61,043 nucleotides of DNA from Nitrospirota bacterium (GCA_963741205.1 CAVUHW010000005.1:1-61043), one strand, 5' to 3'; numbered from the stretch's first letter, positions 21,264-30,975 are shown. The notes: a model not told the origin generated them from the sequence alone. Translations and numbers: made by a program.

Positions 21264-21833
21264 ATGAGTAAAAAGCCGGTTGCTGCTGGGAAAAGCAGCT
21301 TTGATTTAATTAATCCATCAGATTTTTTCTCAAATATCAAAATCCATCCAAGCGCTCAAGTACTTGATGTGGCCTGTGGGGTTGGCCGCTATAGTATCGA
21401 AATTTCAAAGTTATTAGATGAAAAAGGCTTGATCCATGCCGTAGATTTATGGGAGGAGGGAATTGAGAGTCTAAAAAACTCGATACGAGAACAAGGCATA
21501 TCAAATATAAGCCCAATAAAAGCTGATATAACAAAGCATGTTCCTCTCGAAGATGAGTCGATTGACTTCTGTCTAATGGCGACAGTTCTTCATGACCTAT
21601 CTCCCAATGAACAAGATTCAACGCTTAAAGAAGTAGTCAGAGTTCTAAAGCGCGACGGCGTTCTCGCAGTCATAGAGTTTAAAAAAATCGATAAAGGGCC
21701 TGGGCCTCCAATAAGCATAAGGATTTCCGAACAAGAGGCAGAAGAAAAAATCAAAAAATACGGTTTTCTGGAAACATACCGGGGAGAGATTGGCGAATTT
21801 AATTACTTGATGAATTTCAAAAAAACCACATAG
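21264..21833 (+). CDS. Class I SAM-dependent methyltransferase
   Basis: VLDVACGVG, PLEDESIDF, RVLKRDG. Confidence 0.9.
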   Translation: MSKKPVAAGKSSFDLINPSDFFSNIKIHPSAQVLDVACGVGRYSIEISKLLDEKGLIHAVDLWEEGIESLKNSIREQGISNISPIKADITKHVPLEDESIDFCLMATVLHDLSPNEQDSTLKEVVRVLKRDGVLAVIEFKKIDKGPGPPISIRISEQEAEEKIKKYGFLETYRGEIGEFNYLMNFKKTT

Positions 21834-21845
21834 GAGGGAACATAT

Positions 21846-22655
21846 TTGAACAAACCTCGCATCGCGTTTTCAGGAGTTGTTCTTCTATTGCTCGCCTGTT
21901 TTGCAGCTCCGCTTTTGGCAGCCACCACAGAATGCACGTCGCAGTACCGCGACGGCATCGCCCCCGATATTACGAACGAAAAAATAGCCGTGAAAAGCCG
22001 CGAGCTCTGCTACCAGAGTTTCGCCGTGATGAATTCGGGCATTACCCGGTCCCCACTCTGGTCCGCCGAACACCTGACCCGCGAAAAACTAAAAAGCGCA
22101 AAGGGTTTGCGACGTGTCAATGATTTTCATGCCGAAGACCGGCTTCCCGCCTCAGAAAGGGCGGAACTGAACGACTATGCAAGGTCGGGTTTCGACCGCG
22201 GCCACATGGCGCCAAGCGCCGACATGCCGAATGCAAAGGCCCAGCGGGAATGTTTTACCCTCGCAAACATGATCCCCCAGAACCCAAATAATAACCGCAA
22301 CCTATGGGAGGGGATCGAAGCGGCGGTGAGGACCCTCGCTGCACGTGAGGGCGAGCTATATGTGATTACAGGACCCCTGTATCTGGGAAGCAAAGTTCAA
22401 AGAATCAATGGCAGGGTCATGGTGCCGACCCATATTTATAAGATTGTGTTCGATCCGTTACAGAACAAGGGGGCGGCCTATTATGTTGAAAACAAGCCGG
22501 GAATGGAATGGCGCGCCTTGAGCATTTCCGAGTTAGAAAAAACCGCGGGGATCAACTTTTTTCCCAAACTCCCCGAATCCGCGAAGCAGAACACGCTTAA
22601 TCTCCCGACACCCACTCCACACGGCCGCGGGAGCAGTTATCACCGGGAGCTATAA
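21846..22655 (+). CDS. Secreted DNA/RNA non-specific endonuclease (NucA/EndoG-like)
   Basis: Signal peptide; DYARSGFDRGHMAP, NMIPQ, NRNLWEGIE, YVITGP. Confidence 0.95.
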   Translation: MNKPRIAFSGVVLLLLACFAAPLLAATTECTSQYRDGIAPDITNEKIAVKSRELCYQSFAVMNSGITRSPLWSAEHLTREKLKSAKGLRRVNDFHAEDRLPASERAELNDYARSGFDRGHMAPSADMPNAKAQRECFTLANMIPQNPNNNRNLWEGIEAAVRTLAAREGELYVITGPLYLGSKVQRINGRVMVPTHIYKIVFDPLQNKGAAYYVENKPGMEWRALSISELEKTAGINFFPKLPESAKQNTLNLPTPTPHGRGSSYHREL

Positions 22656-22657
22656 TA

Positions 22658-22912
22658 ATGGCGAAGAAACCAAAAATATCTCCATTTGAGAACGAATCGA
22701 AGTCCCTGGGAATCGGAGGATTGACCATTGAGAACCGGATTGACCGCGTCTCCGTGTATGGAAGCATCGACATCACACGCGATAAGGACGGCCTGGCAAA
22801 CGCAGAGGAACTCAAAGCTATCCTCGACGCGATAGTGAGCAGGCTGCGGGGAGAGCAATTGCCCGATAAGATCAGCATATTCCAACAGACGAGGTTCCGA
22901 ATCCTTTCAGTA
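22658..22912 (+). CDS. Small conserved hypothetical protein coupled to the nuclease (C-terminal frameshift likely)
   Basis: Starts 2 nt after the nuclease stop; LTIENRIDRVSVYGSIDITRDKDGL; alternative frame ends PTDEVPNPFS. Confidence 0.7.
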
Positions 22913-23008
22913 ACTCATAGATCGAAGAAACATGATTTACTTAACTTAAGTTTGATAAATAGTCGCATTCATATGCGACTGCTTGATTTAATTAATCAAC
23001 TATAAGGA

Positions 23009-23068
23009 TTCCAACAAGCGGGTTAAGTCCACCACGAAGAGAGCGTGCGACTTACGCGCGAGTTCATG
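23009..23068 (+). other. attC-like site
   Basis: ttccaac..cgggt[t]aagtc / gacttacgcg..gttcatg. Confidence 0.7.
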
Positions 23069-23069
23069 T

Positions 23070-23270
23070 GATTGTTACCGGAATTTCGCAGTTTACCGAT
23101 TAAGCGCGGATCCAAATGGATAAAAGCTGTACCACGTGCCGAGAAATATCATCCTTGGGGAGCTGTGCCAGCCTGGAGCAGCATCAATTCCGATTGTAAA
23201 CTTCAGTGCGGCGAACATCCTGTAGTTCACGCGAAACACAAATCGCGGGTCTGTGCACTTCATGTCGTAG
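23070..23270 (+). repeat. Array repeat copy 10, starting at the attC end
   Basis: taccggaatttcgcagttt...catcctgtagttcacgcgaaacacaaatcgcgggtctgtgcacttcatgtcgt. Confidence 0.9.
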
Positions 23271-23593
23271 TTGTTGCCGTTGCCTTTGATGGAAACATCC
23301 ACACATCTTCCTGTAAATTGCACATGTGATATGATGAAAGCAGTTGTATGTTTCATGTGGAATTATTGCCTCATCTACAAAGAACATCACCACCCAGTGA
23401 TCGGGAAAACAGGTGTAAAAAAGTGACAACCCTAAGAATTCCCATTCTGCATTCCTATTCTGCATCGTTGACTTCACCAAAAGTTTGTGCTTTAGTTCAA
23501 ACATACGTCTGTAACCCACATTACACGACATTCTGAAAAGTATTCAGAATGGATATTAATGTTTCTTTGACACCCACTGGAACAAATAAATGA

Positions 23594-23710
23594 TTCCACG
23601 ATAAAGCCAAACCCTTCGTGAGAGGGGGACGGAAAGCGGCGGATCTTAAAAGACCAAGATGGCCGAGCTGCCGAAGGATGATGCCTTTGGTGAGCTCGTC
23701 CTTTTTATTT
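23594..23710 (+). promoter_or_regulatory. c-di-GMP-I riboswitch, second copy, with terminator
   Basis: Aptamer nearly identical to 9081-9165; cgagct...agctcg + U-tract; ttgaca upstream. Confidence 0.9.
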
Positions 23711-23747
23711 GGTAAATGATCAACAACGAGACAGAAGCAATGGAACC

Positions 23748-23861
23748 ATGAGCAACTACAGATTCATGAGAGCACTAAAGTATATACTAGTTAGTCTCAC
23801 GCTGATGTTAACCTCATGTGGAGGAGAAGGTGGAGGCACAAGAATAAAGGTGGCGCACTAG
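23748..23861 (+). pseudogene. Truncated lipoprotein remnant (37 aa)
   Basis: MSNYRFMRALKYILVSLTLMLTSCGGEGGG then stop; lipobox LTSC. Confidence 0.5.
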
Positions 23862-23892
23862 CACGTGACCGATCAGAAGGGAGGGGAGAGTA

Positions 23893-24186
23893 ATGGCAAC
23901 GCATATCGTTTTGATGAAGATGACGGATCAGGGAATCAAGGACGTCAAGAACGCACCACAGCGAATCGATGCAGCCGCCAAGGCCATTGAAGCAATGGGG
24001 GGCAAGATGACGGGCTTTTACTTCACGTTGGGTGAGTATGACTACATTGCCATCGTCGAGGGACTCACTGACGAAGCCGGTGCGACTTTCCTGCTGAAAT
24101 TAGGCTCCGCGGGGAATTCCAGAACAACGACGCTAAGAGCATTCACGAAGAACGAGTTCGCCGAGATGGTTAAGAAGCTGCCTTAG
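23893..24186 (+). CDS. GYD-domain protein
   Basis: TDQGIKDVKNAPQR, FTLGEYD, RTTTLRAF. Confidence 0.9.
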   Translation: MATHIVLMKMTDQGIKDVKNAPQRIDAAAKAIEAMGGKMTGFYFTLGEYDYIAIVEGLTDEAGATFLLKLGSAGNSRTTTLRAFTKNEFAEMVKKLP

Positions 24187-24471
24187 CCTCGTTGGTGAGA
24201 ATAAGGTGTGATAAAAGGCAATGTATCCGAATTCTAGTGCGCCACCCTTGAATATTGTGCATTGACTTCCACGATCAGCGAAGCCATGCTTGTCACAACA
24301 GAAGATATCGTCCTTGATTTCCCAAAATAGGTGCACCCTATCACAATTTTTTCTAACTATTAAAGCAAAGATGCAGCAACCTCGGAAGGAGATATGTCAC
24401 TGATTAAGACAGACACGCAGAAGCATATTCTGACGATATGTCGCCTAAAATATAGTGAAACACTTTGATGA

Positions 24472-24531
24472 TTCTAACAAATCGGCTCGCAGAGGTCGCG
24501 AAAACTTCGCCCCTCAGCCGAGCCGTTCACA
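24472..24531 (+). other. attC-like site
   Basis: ttctaac..cggct..agagg / ccctcagccg..gttcaca. Confidence 0.7.
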
Positions 24532-24760
24532 TGTACTTTTCATCTAGTCTTTCGCATTGAAGTTTAGTCAACACGCATGCGAGCTTGTAGATAGATTCCG
24601 TAATTTCCAATTGCCGCAACTTCAACGGACTTTAGCTGGGATTTGTTAAATATTCAATCCATCGAAACTCGTTTGCTCGTAGGTGGTGTCGAGATAGGCA
24701 TGATTTTAGAGGAGGTGTAAAATCTCAATTGGAATATGATGCGCACTCTTCTTTCTGTAT
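24532..24760 (+). repeat. Array repeat copy 11 (diverged)
   Basis: gagcttgtagatagattccgtaatttccaa...gtaggtggtgtcgaga shared with 27750 and 30730. Confidence 0.65.
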
Positions 24761-24897
24761 CTTGCACCCGTGATAATGTAAGCTTCATTGCATGTTTCAA
24801 GTGGAATCCTTGTCCATGAGATTTATCTTCGTGGCGTTTATCGATGGATTTATGCTATCGTAAGTCTCAATAGAATCAACTTTCAGGAGTGGGTATA

Positions 24898-25545
24898 GTG
24901 AAAAAAAGAATCATGGCGACCTTATTTCTCTTAACCTTGCCTACGGTTTTTACACTATCAGCGCAAGCCGCACAGGATGATAAACCCGTGGCAGTACAAT
25001 TCACCTCTCATGGCAGAACCGTGCATGGCCTGCTCTGAGGAAAAGGCTCCTATGGAGTAATCCTCTCCCATGGAGCAATCTATGACGCCGCGAGTTGGGC
25101 CCCGTTGGCTATTGATATCGCAAATAACGGTATTGTGGCATTGGCACTAGAAGAGGTGGAGCCTGATAATATTCTTGCGGCGCACTCCTTTCTTCGAGAA
25201 AAATACGGATTGAAAGCAACTGGGCTGATCGGAGCGAGTGCCGGTGGAAGCACGGCCCTGTCGGCCATGGCACGATCGCCGCAGCAGTGGGACCAATTAA
25301 TCCTGCTGTCAAGCGCTGGGGACGTGGGCGGAATCGGAACGGTGCCCAAGCTTTTTGTAGCAAGCGAAGGAGAAGGCATGGCTGAAACAGCCCAGATGAC
25401 AAAGGACTCGCCTGGTACGCAGAATGATGTGCTTATTGTAAGGGGCTCTGCTCACGCCCAGGCGATTTTTCGAACATCAGAAGGACCACGTCTCACGAGA
25501 GCCATTCTGGAACGCCTAGTCAATCGTGCGAAACAGGTGAAATGA
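24898..25545 (+). pseudogene. Secreted alpha/beta hydrolase with in-frame TGA at 25036-25038
   Basis: Signal peptide; GLL*GKGSYGVILSHG; GASAGG nucleophile elbow; GSAHAQ. Confidence 0.75.
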
Positions 25546-25937
25546 AGAGTATGTGTAACTTCTATCCGCTTCGCATATGCTGCTGCATGTGAACACATAT
25601 GAGAGTTTAGACTACTTCCTCCTACGAATAGTTGTGTTATAAAGATTACTATAGAAAGGCAGGAGAACTTACATTACTTCCTGGGTCCTTGAACCCTGAC
25701 TACAGTCTGTTCCCTGCCTCCCGTAGCCATGATAGGTTGATTGGGCCAACGAGCCCTGGTAACGCTGGAGGATTGGTCGGGAGGCGTTTCCTGCCTGTCT
25801 GCCAGTGTTCATTTTGTTCGAGTTAAGATAAAAAGGGAATTGATAAAATCAATGCATCGAGGATATAAGAACACGGGAATCATGCCGGATGCAATAAACG
25901 ACGATCCACCCAAAACGTCCCCCCAGGAGGGAATTCC

Positions 25938-26475
25938 ATGATATTGATCGGACCTTTGATGATAGAGCACAGGCTCATTGAACGGATGCTGGAATTGATC
26001 GAAAAAGAAGCGGCACGTTCCGCAGAAACACAAAATCGACGGGGCGTTCCTGGACAACGCGGTGGATTTCATCCGCTGGTATGCAGACAAGACTCATCAC
26101 GGGAAGGAAGAGGCGATTCTGTTCAGGGAAGTCGCCGGGAAGGAAATGATTCCCGAACACCGGGCTTTGCTACAGGAACTTCTTGAAGACCACAATTTTG
26201 GAAGAAGGACCACCGGCGAAATCCTCGAAGCCAAGGAGAAGTATCTCCAAGGCTCACGTGAAGCGTTTGGGATCCTCCAAGACAAATGCAGGACACTGAT
26301 TACTTTTTATCACGAACACATTCGAAAAGAGGACATGATCTTCTTTCCCGCATGCATGGAGTATCTCAGTGAAGAGGAAAAGAAGCCCCTGTTTGCGGAG
26401 TTTCAGGAAGCGGACAGGAAGATGATTCATGCAAAATATGGAGCTTTGGTCGAGAGGTATGAGAAAGGCATATAG
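25938..26475 (+). CDS. Hemerythrin-domain protein (frameshift near 26030)
   Basis: LMIEHRLIER, YADKTHHGKEEAILF, EHIRKED. Confidence 0.85.
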
Positions 26476-26764
26476 AGAACATCTTAGACATAATGGCTGC
26501 CCGATAAGAATATTGAGGACGTGCAGAATTGCGTTTGAATCATGCAATGCGGCCTACATCTGAACTGTTGGAGTTGCCGTGCTCAGCAACACTCAATATT
26601 TCATTCAGTATTTCTTAACATTGTCCTCATTGACAGCGCATCTGCCTCAGGTATATAGTCGTACTACCTTAGTCTTGAAACAAAGCCGATATGGCATAAT
26701 CATTACTAAACTAGATAACACCGCAAATCTGATATTATCGAGGGGGCTCGCTAATAACGGATTT

Positions 26765-26980
26765 TCGGTAATAACGAATCTGTTCCCCGGAGGCGTGCTC
26801 CAGTTTACCGACGTCTTAAATAATGGCTACTGGCACGCGAGGAGCCCGGAGTTCCTTCATTCGCGACTCATGCACCGCATTGAGTGGCTTCGTATACCTG
26901 CCGATCTGATTTTTATTGTCCTTGGTGTTGCACCGCTTGTCATGGCAATGGGTCTGAAATATGTACCGCGGAGAGAATAA
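26765..26980 (+). pseudogene. C-terminal fragment of quinol-dependent nitric oxide reductase (qNor)
   Basis: NLFPGGVLQ..GYWHARSPEF..EWLRIPADLIFI; the rest of the gene is absent. Confidence 0.75.
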
Positions 26981-27084
26981 TCTGCAGGTTGAAACTGATG
27001 AGGTCCCATACAAATGAAAGAGCTTACTGGTACAAAAGGCATCTGCTCCATCATGCAGCTGAATAAAAAAGGAGGGAACACAAA

Positions 27085-27519
27085 ATGAAAAAGTTGCGGA
27101 AAGTTCAGAAGAGTTTATAAGTATCATCAAGGAATGGATAGATTTGGAAGACAAGACAATTACAAGCGCCGACGAATTGATAGGCAAGGCGAACCAATCC
27201 CTTTGTGAAGATGAGAATGGAGATGGTCAAGCATGATTCAGGAAAACACAAAGAAATGCTGCAGTGGATAATCGATAACTTGACAAAGGAGGCCATACAT
27301 CTTACTCCCGATGAAATAATGCCTCTGTCCGCATTGCTGCATAAGCACTTGGAAGTGGAAGCCAAGTCTATTGTCCTTGCCAACAATGCTCTTAAAAAGA
27401 GCGGGCTTCCCATAGTGAGATATATTTTGTCGGCTCTGCTCGATGACGAAACAAAGCACCACGAACAAATTATTAGGTTAAACGATGAAATAAAGAAGGC
27501 AATATTGTCGGTAACTTAA
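27085..27519 (+). CDS. Ferritin-like four-helix protein (N-terminal frameshifts)
   Basis: RBS ggagg; HDSGKHKEML, HLEVEAKSI, LLDDETKHH. Confidence 0.7.
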
Positions 27520-27749
27520 CTTTTCATGAAAAAATGATATAGTGATAAAGTAAAAGGGCGGTCAGCGCTGTTGGACTATGATGGAAAGACTGAAGCAGCA
27601 CATGTAGAAAGCAAGCTGTATCGGGTCAAGGAAAACCGGATTCCGAGGGAGGGTTTGCTGCTACTTGGCCATGGGATATAACTTGCACTTGGGAGGTAAT
27701 ACAGCATTCTACTAGAAGTTTAGTATGCCGTTGACAATTTGCTAATGCT

Positions 27750-27970
27750 AGGCTTGTAGATATATCACGTAATTTCCAAACAATGAAACTTTCGTGAAGT
27801 ACAGACGGTATTTCGCAAGCTTGTCAGTTGCCCGTCTTGGGCATTAGTAGGTGTTGTCGATGACCGTGATAGCGCCGAAGAACAACAGACTCCATTCGTA
27901 GCTTTGATCGATTCCTGCATCCTGAAGTTCTCGCCCAACGATATCGTTTGAATTATCAACTTCATTCAGT
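27750..27970 (+). repeat. Array repeat copy 12 (longest, subtype B)
   Basis: gcttgtagatatatcacgtaatttccaaa...ggtatttcgcaag...gtaggtgttgtcgatgaccg...catcctgaagttctcg. Confidence 0.85.
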
Positions 27971-28168
27971 AATTGGCGGCAGTAGGATCAGCTCGATGAA
28001 GCTTGCTTAGATCCAGCGACGTCAGGAAAAGAAGGCATGGTATTAAATCGTTCTTCGCTTTTACGATGTTTCGAACAAGGGGCAGAGAAAAGATTCTCTG
28101 CCCCCCTGTTATTTTGACGGTTGCCTCCATAGCCGATACTCGTTCTTCGTCACTGAATAATGCGCTTC

Positions 28169-29071
28169 TTAATTGTTGTTTGCTCCCTGGTCTATCCAGA
28201 TTTTTATGATGAGTTGATTGCTCGAGCTGAAAGGACCTTTTCCTAACGGCATCCGTGCTGTTCCCGCGGGCAGTCCGATACCGCTGACCCGCTGATAGAG
28301 AACGCTGTTCACGGAGTCTCCGGGAACAACCAGCGTACCGGTTGTTTTCGACGCGGGCTGGTTCACGAGGGCCGTATATGACGCATCCGAGGTCAGGTGG
28401 AGAAAACTCGCAATGCCGGACGAGCTGTGGCACTCTGCGCACATGGCGCTCAGGAGGGACTGGATCCGCCATTTAAACGACACGGCCGGCGTCGCTCCCG
28501 GCTCCACCTCTACGCCGTCCATGACGTCTCCGGTGAATAGCATGTCGTTGGCATTTACGTTGACGTGACATCCGATGCATCCATCCACTTTCCCCGAGAG
28601 TACTACCGTTCCGTCCGGCAGATATTCTGCCCAAAACCAGTCCCCCGCTGCGGGGTTGAAATTCTGGACCTTGTACATCACGGTGAGAGCGGCAAGCGTT
28701 TTGTCGGGACCGTAGTTTTCCTTAACGACGATCGAGCCGTCAGCCATGCCGTGCTGTGCGGCGGGATCAGTTGCCGCGTTAATAGAATTCACCGCAATGT
28801 CGTTTACGTAGTTGTTAAGGAACGCGCCGTGCGGGTCCCTTCCCGGATAGAGCTTTGTGGTCAGCGGCCACGCAGCCCAACTGGTATAGGGGTTTTGGTT
28901 CTTGATGTAGTTAAAAAGCTGTGCCGCGTCCGCGCCCGGCAGGGTAGCCGGAGCAGGTGATTCGCCTCCCTTGCTGCCGCAGGCCGTCAAGCATAATGCC
29001 GCCAGAAAAAACATATAATATGACGTCATTCTTATCCTGCCTCTCGAGTTCATCTTCTTCTCCTTTCTCAA
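28169..29071 (-). CDS. Cytochrome P460/c'-beta family lipoprotein with a second c-type heme domain
   Basis: LTAC lipobox; GSIVVKENY, TVMYK, GDWFWA, CIGCH; second CAECH...RMP domain; terminator hairpin near 28078-28105. Confidence 0.85.
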   Translation of the reverse strand: MRKEKKMNSRGRIRMTSYYMFFLAALCLTACGSKGGESPAPATLPGADAAQLFNYIKNQNPYTSWAAWPLTTKLYPGRDPHGAFLNNYVNDIAVNSINAATDPAAQHGMADGSIVVKENYGPDKTLAALTVMYKVQNFNPAAGDWFWAEYLPDGTVVLSGKVDGCIGCHVNVNANDMLFTGDVMDGVEVEPGATPAVSFKWRIQSLLSAMCAECHSSSGIASFLHLTSDASYTALVNQPASKTTGTLVVPGDSVNSVLYQRVSGIGLPAGTARMPLGKGPFSSSNQLIIKIWIDQGANNN

Positions 29072-29257
29072 TCTTAATCGTGAAATCCATTAAGATAAGT
29101 ATAGCGCGCATTTTTCACCCTAAGCGAAGGGTCTAGCAAAATGTCGGGAAAAGCTAGATTCTTCGTCATGCTCGAAATGACAAACCGGGCTGATTCGGCA
29201 TTCGTGAAAAAGGCTCATCAGAGTTGTAAAAGGAGCCGCCGGCGACCGCCGACACCC

Positions 29258-29335
29258 CATGATGCCGGCCTGAAAGAAGAAATCTGAGGCTATTCAGGTT
29301 AAACTGTTCAGTCACAACATCCTATACTTTTAGTG
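29258..29335 (+). repeat. Array repeat copy 13 (partial)
   Basis: tgatgccggcctgaaagaagaaatctgaggctattcaggttaaactgttcagtcacaacatcct aligns with 10830-10895. Confidence 0.75.
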
Positions 29336-29398
29336 TCCTTATTTTTGGCAACAATCAATACTTCATCTTGAAGTATTGAGAAACAAGAGCACGATTTC

Positions 29399-29445
29399 CG
29401 CTAACCTGCTCCGAACTCAACATCGGAGCAATATTGACGTTATAC
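29399..29445 (+). other. Short attC-like hairpin
   Basis: cgctaac..tgctccga / tcggagca..gttatac. Confidence 0.35.
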
Positions 29446-29596
29446 GCTCTGTCGGGCAGATGCTCGGGCCAGAACCAGCATTTTCGGATTGTCTTCTATG
29501 TAGCAATAACCAACGAATGGGAAATCAATTACCCAAAAATGAAATACATTACGACAGGTAATCATATGCAATGCTGTATAATCAATCAGTTAAAAA

Positions 29597-29614
29597 TCGG
29601 CATGGTATTTGCTC
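29597..29614 (+). promoter_or_regulatory. Sigma-54 promoter
   Basis: cGGCAtggtatTTGCt, GG-N10-GC. Confidence 0.6.
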
Positions 29615-29883
29615 AGTTATAAAATATATTCATATTACTTTAATGTTTTTAAAACGTTTTATCGCGGCTGCGGGAAATAAATGAAAATGTCCAACGGATT
29701 CATTTACCGGTAAGTGCCAAAGGGAACAAGCTTCAGCAAGAATGCCCCCGAGCAAATAGCTCGGATCGAGTATCCGCTTAACAGCCGAACTGGTATCAAC
29801 GAGAATTCAATAACGACATATCGTTTAAGATACTCATTCGATAACATCGACAGTTCTTCATACCTTGTGACAGTATTCGTTCC

Positions 29884-29915
29884 TCAATAAAGCTAAACTC
29901 TTCGCGAGAAGGGAT
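29884..29915 (+). promoter_or_regulatory. Truncated c-di-GMP-I riboswitch (P2 half only)
   Basis: aataaagctaaactcttc-gcga-gaaggga resembles the 5' half of the two full copies; P3 is absent. Confidence 0.55.
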
Positions 29916-29934
29916 ATCCTGCAGTTTCCTTATT

Positions 29935-30531
29935 TTGATGACGAAAGAGAGGGGAAAAATGAAAGTAACCGGGAAAGCAATGATCGTTTTTATTATGGTC
30001 CTAGCAGTACTCCTCGCGTCAAATGTACCAGCATTTGCAAGGGAAGGCTTTTACCTTGGCGTGCAGTTGCCATATGACATTATCCAAGGAGATTTCGATG
30101 GTACGAATGCACCTTCCGTTGATTCGGGACTAGGTATCGGGATCATTTTCGGTTACGGAATCACTCCGAACTTTTCACTCGGATTAGATTTATCCTCTAG
30201 CAGACATGACGTCGGAGTCGATAGGATCAGCTTTACTGAATTCAGCTTCGACGCGAAATACGCCTTCCTTGCTTCGGAGCCCGTCCAGCCTTATCTCCTT
30301 GCGGGATACGGTGTCTATAGGCTCGGGGACAGCAGCCTGACGTTTGGCGGTAAAGGCTTTAACCTTGGTGTGGGCGTAGATTTCTATACCAAATCCAACT
30401 GGTCCTTCGGCCTAGGACTCATCCGAAAGTTCATTACCTATGACGAGGTAGTTAAAGGCGATGTAATACTGCAAAAAGATCTGAACGGCGACACAACAAC
30501 GATACGATTTGATGCTACCTATCACTTTTAA
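29935..30531 (+). CDS. Outer membrane beta-barrel protein (OmpA-TM/porin-like)
   Basis: Signal peptide; GFYLG, VQPYLLAGYG, FNLGVGVDFY; terminal YHF. Confidence 0.85.
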   Translation: MMTKERGKMKVTGKAMIVFIMVLAVLLASNVPAFAREGFYLGVQLPYDIIQGDFDGTNAPSVDSGLGIGIIFGYGITPNFSLGLDLSSSRHDVGVDRISFTEFSFDAKYAFLASEPVQPYLLAGYGVYRLGDSSLTFGGKGFNLGVGVDFYTKSNWSFGLGLIRKFITYDEVVKGDVILQKDLNGDTTTIRFDATYHF

Positions 30532-30684
30532 TACGCTGCCGCAGCAGCAATAAGCAAAAAACACTGGCAGCAATACGACCAGCATAGTGGCATTCTGCAA
30601 CTCCCATTAATTAGATTGCGTTGTATATTTGCAGATTTTCGCATAGCGAGCTCTCTATATTTCTCGAGACGTGAACCTCTTGCA

Positions 30685-30795
30685 TAGTACAACCGGAATT
30701 TCGCAGTTTTACCAACCGGGCTTAGCCGTGAGCTTGTAGATATATCCCGCGATTTCCAAAATATTAAACTCCTGCAAAGTACAAACGGAAGTCGT
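30685..30795 (+). repeat. Array repeat copy 14 (5' modules)
   Basis: aaccggaatttcgcagtttt...gagcttgtagatatatcccgcgatttccaaa. Confidence 0.75.
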
Positions 30796-30813
30796 TAGAT
30801 GTTCAATCCTTCT

Positions 30814-30975
30814 AAGTCCTACGAAAATTTTCCCTGGTTTAAAGATGCACCCGTCGGCAAGATCCTGAACGTCGAGGAACCGCGCCCAGGCCATTTCTAC
30901 TGGCCCGAACTGGATGTGGATCTCACCGCCGAGATTATCGAACACCCGGAGCAGTTTCCAGTAAAGATGAAGTAA
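30814..30975 (+). pseudogene. DUF2442-family (antitoxin-like) C-terminal fragment
   Basis: SYENFPWFKDAPVGKILNVEEPRPGHFYWPELDVDL..EHPEQFP; no start codon region. Confidence 0.7.

Noticed and set aside
25036-25038. In-frame TGA as a second selenocysteine
   Set aside because: The context GLL*GKG in an alpha/beta hydrolase fits Trp (TGG to TGA). It is not a redox site and no convincing SECIS follows.
140-30795. Array repeat as a CRISPR array or a conserved small protein
   Set aside because: Units are long, degenerate and kilobases apart, with no cas genes. The recurring peptides (HPVVHAKHK, KCADPRFV, RELQD) are broken by stops and frame changes between copies.
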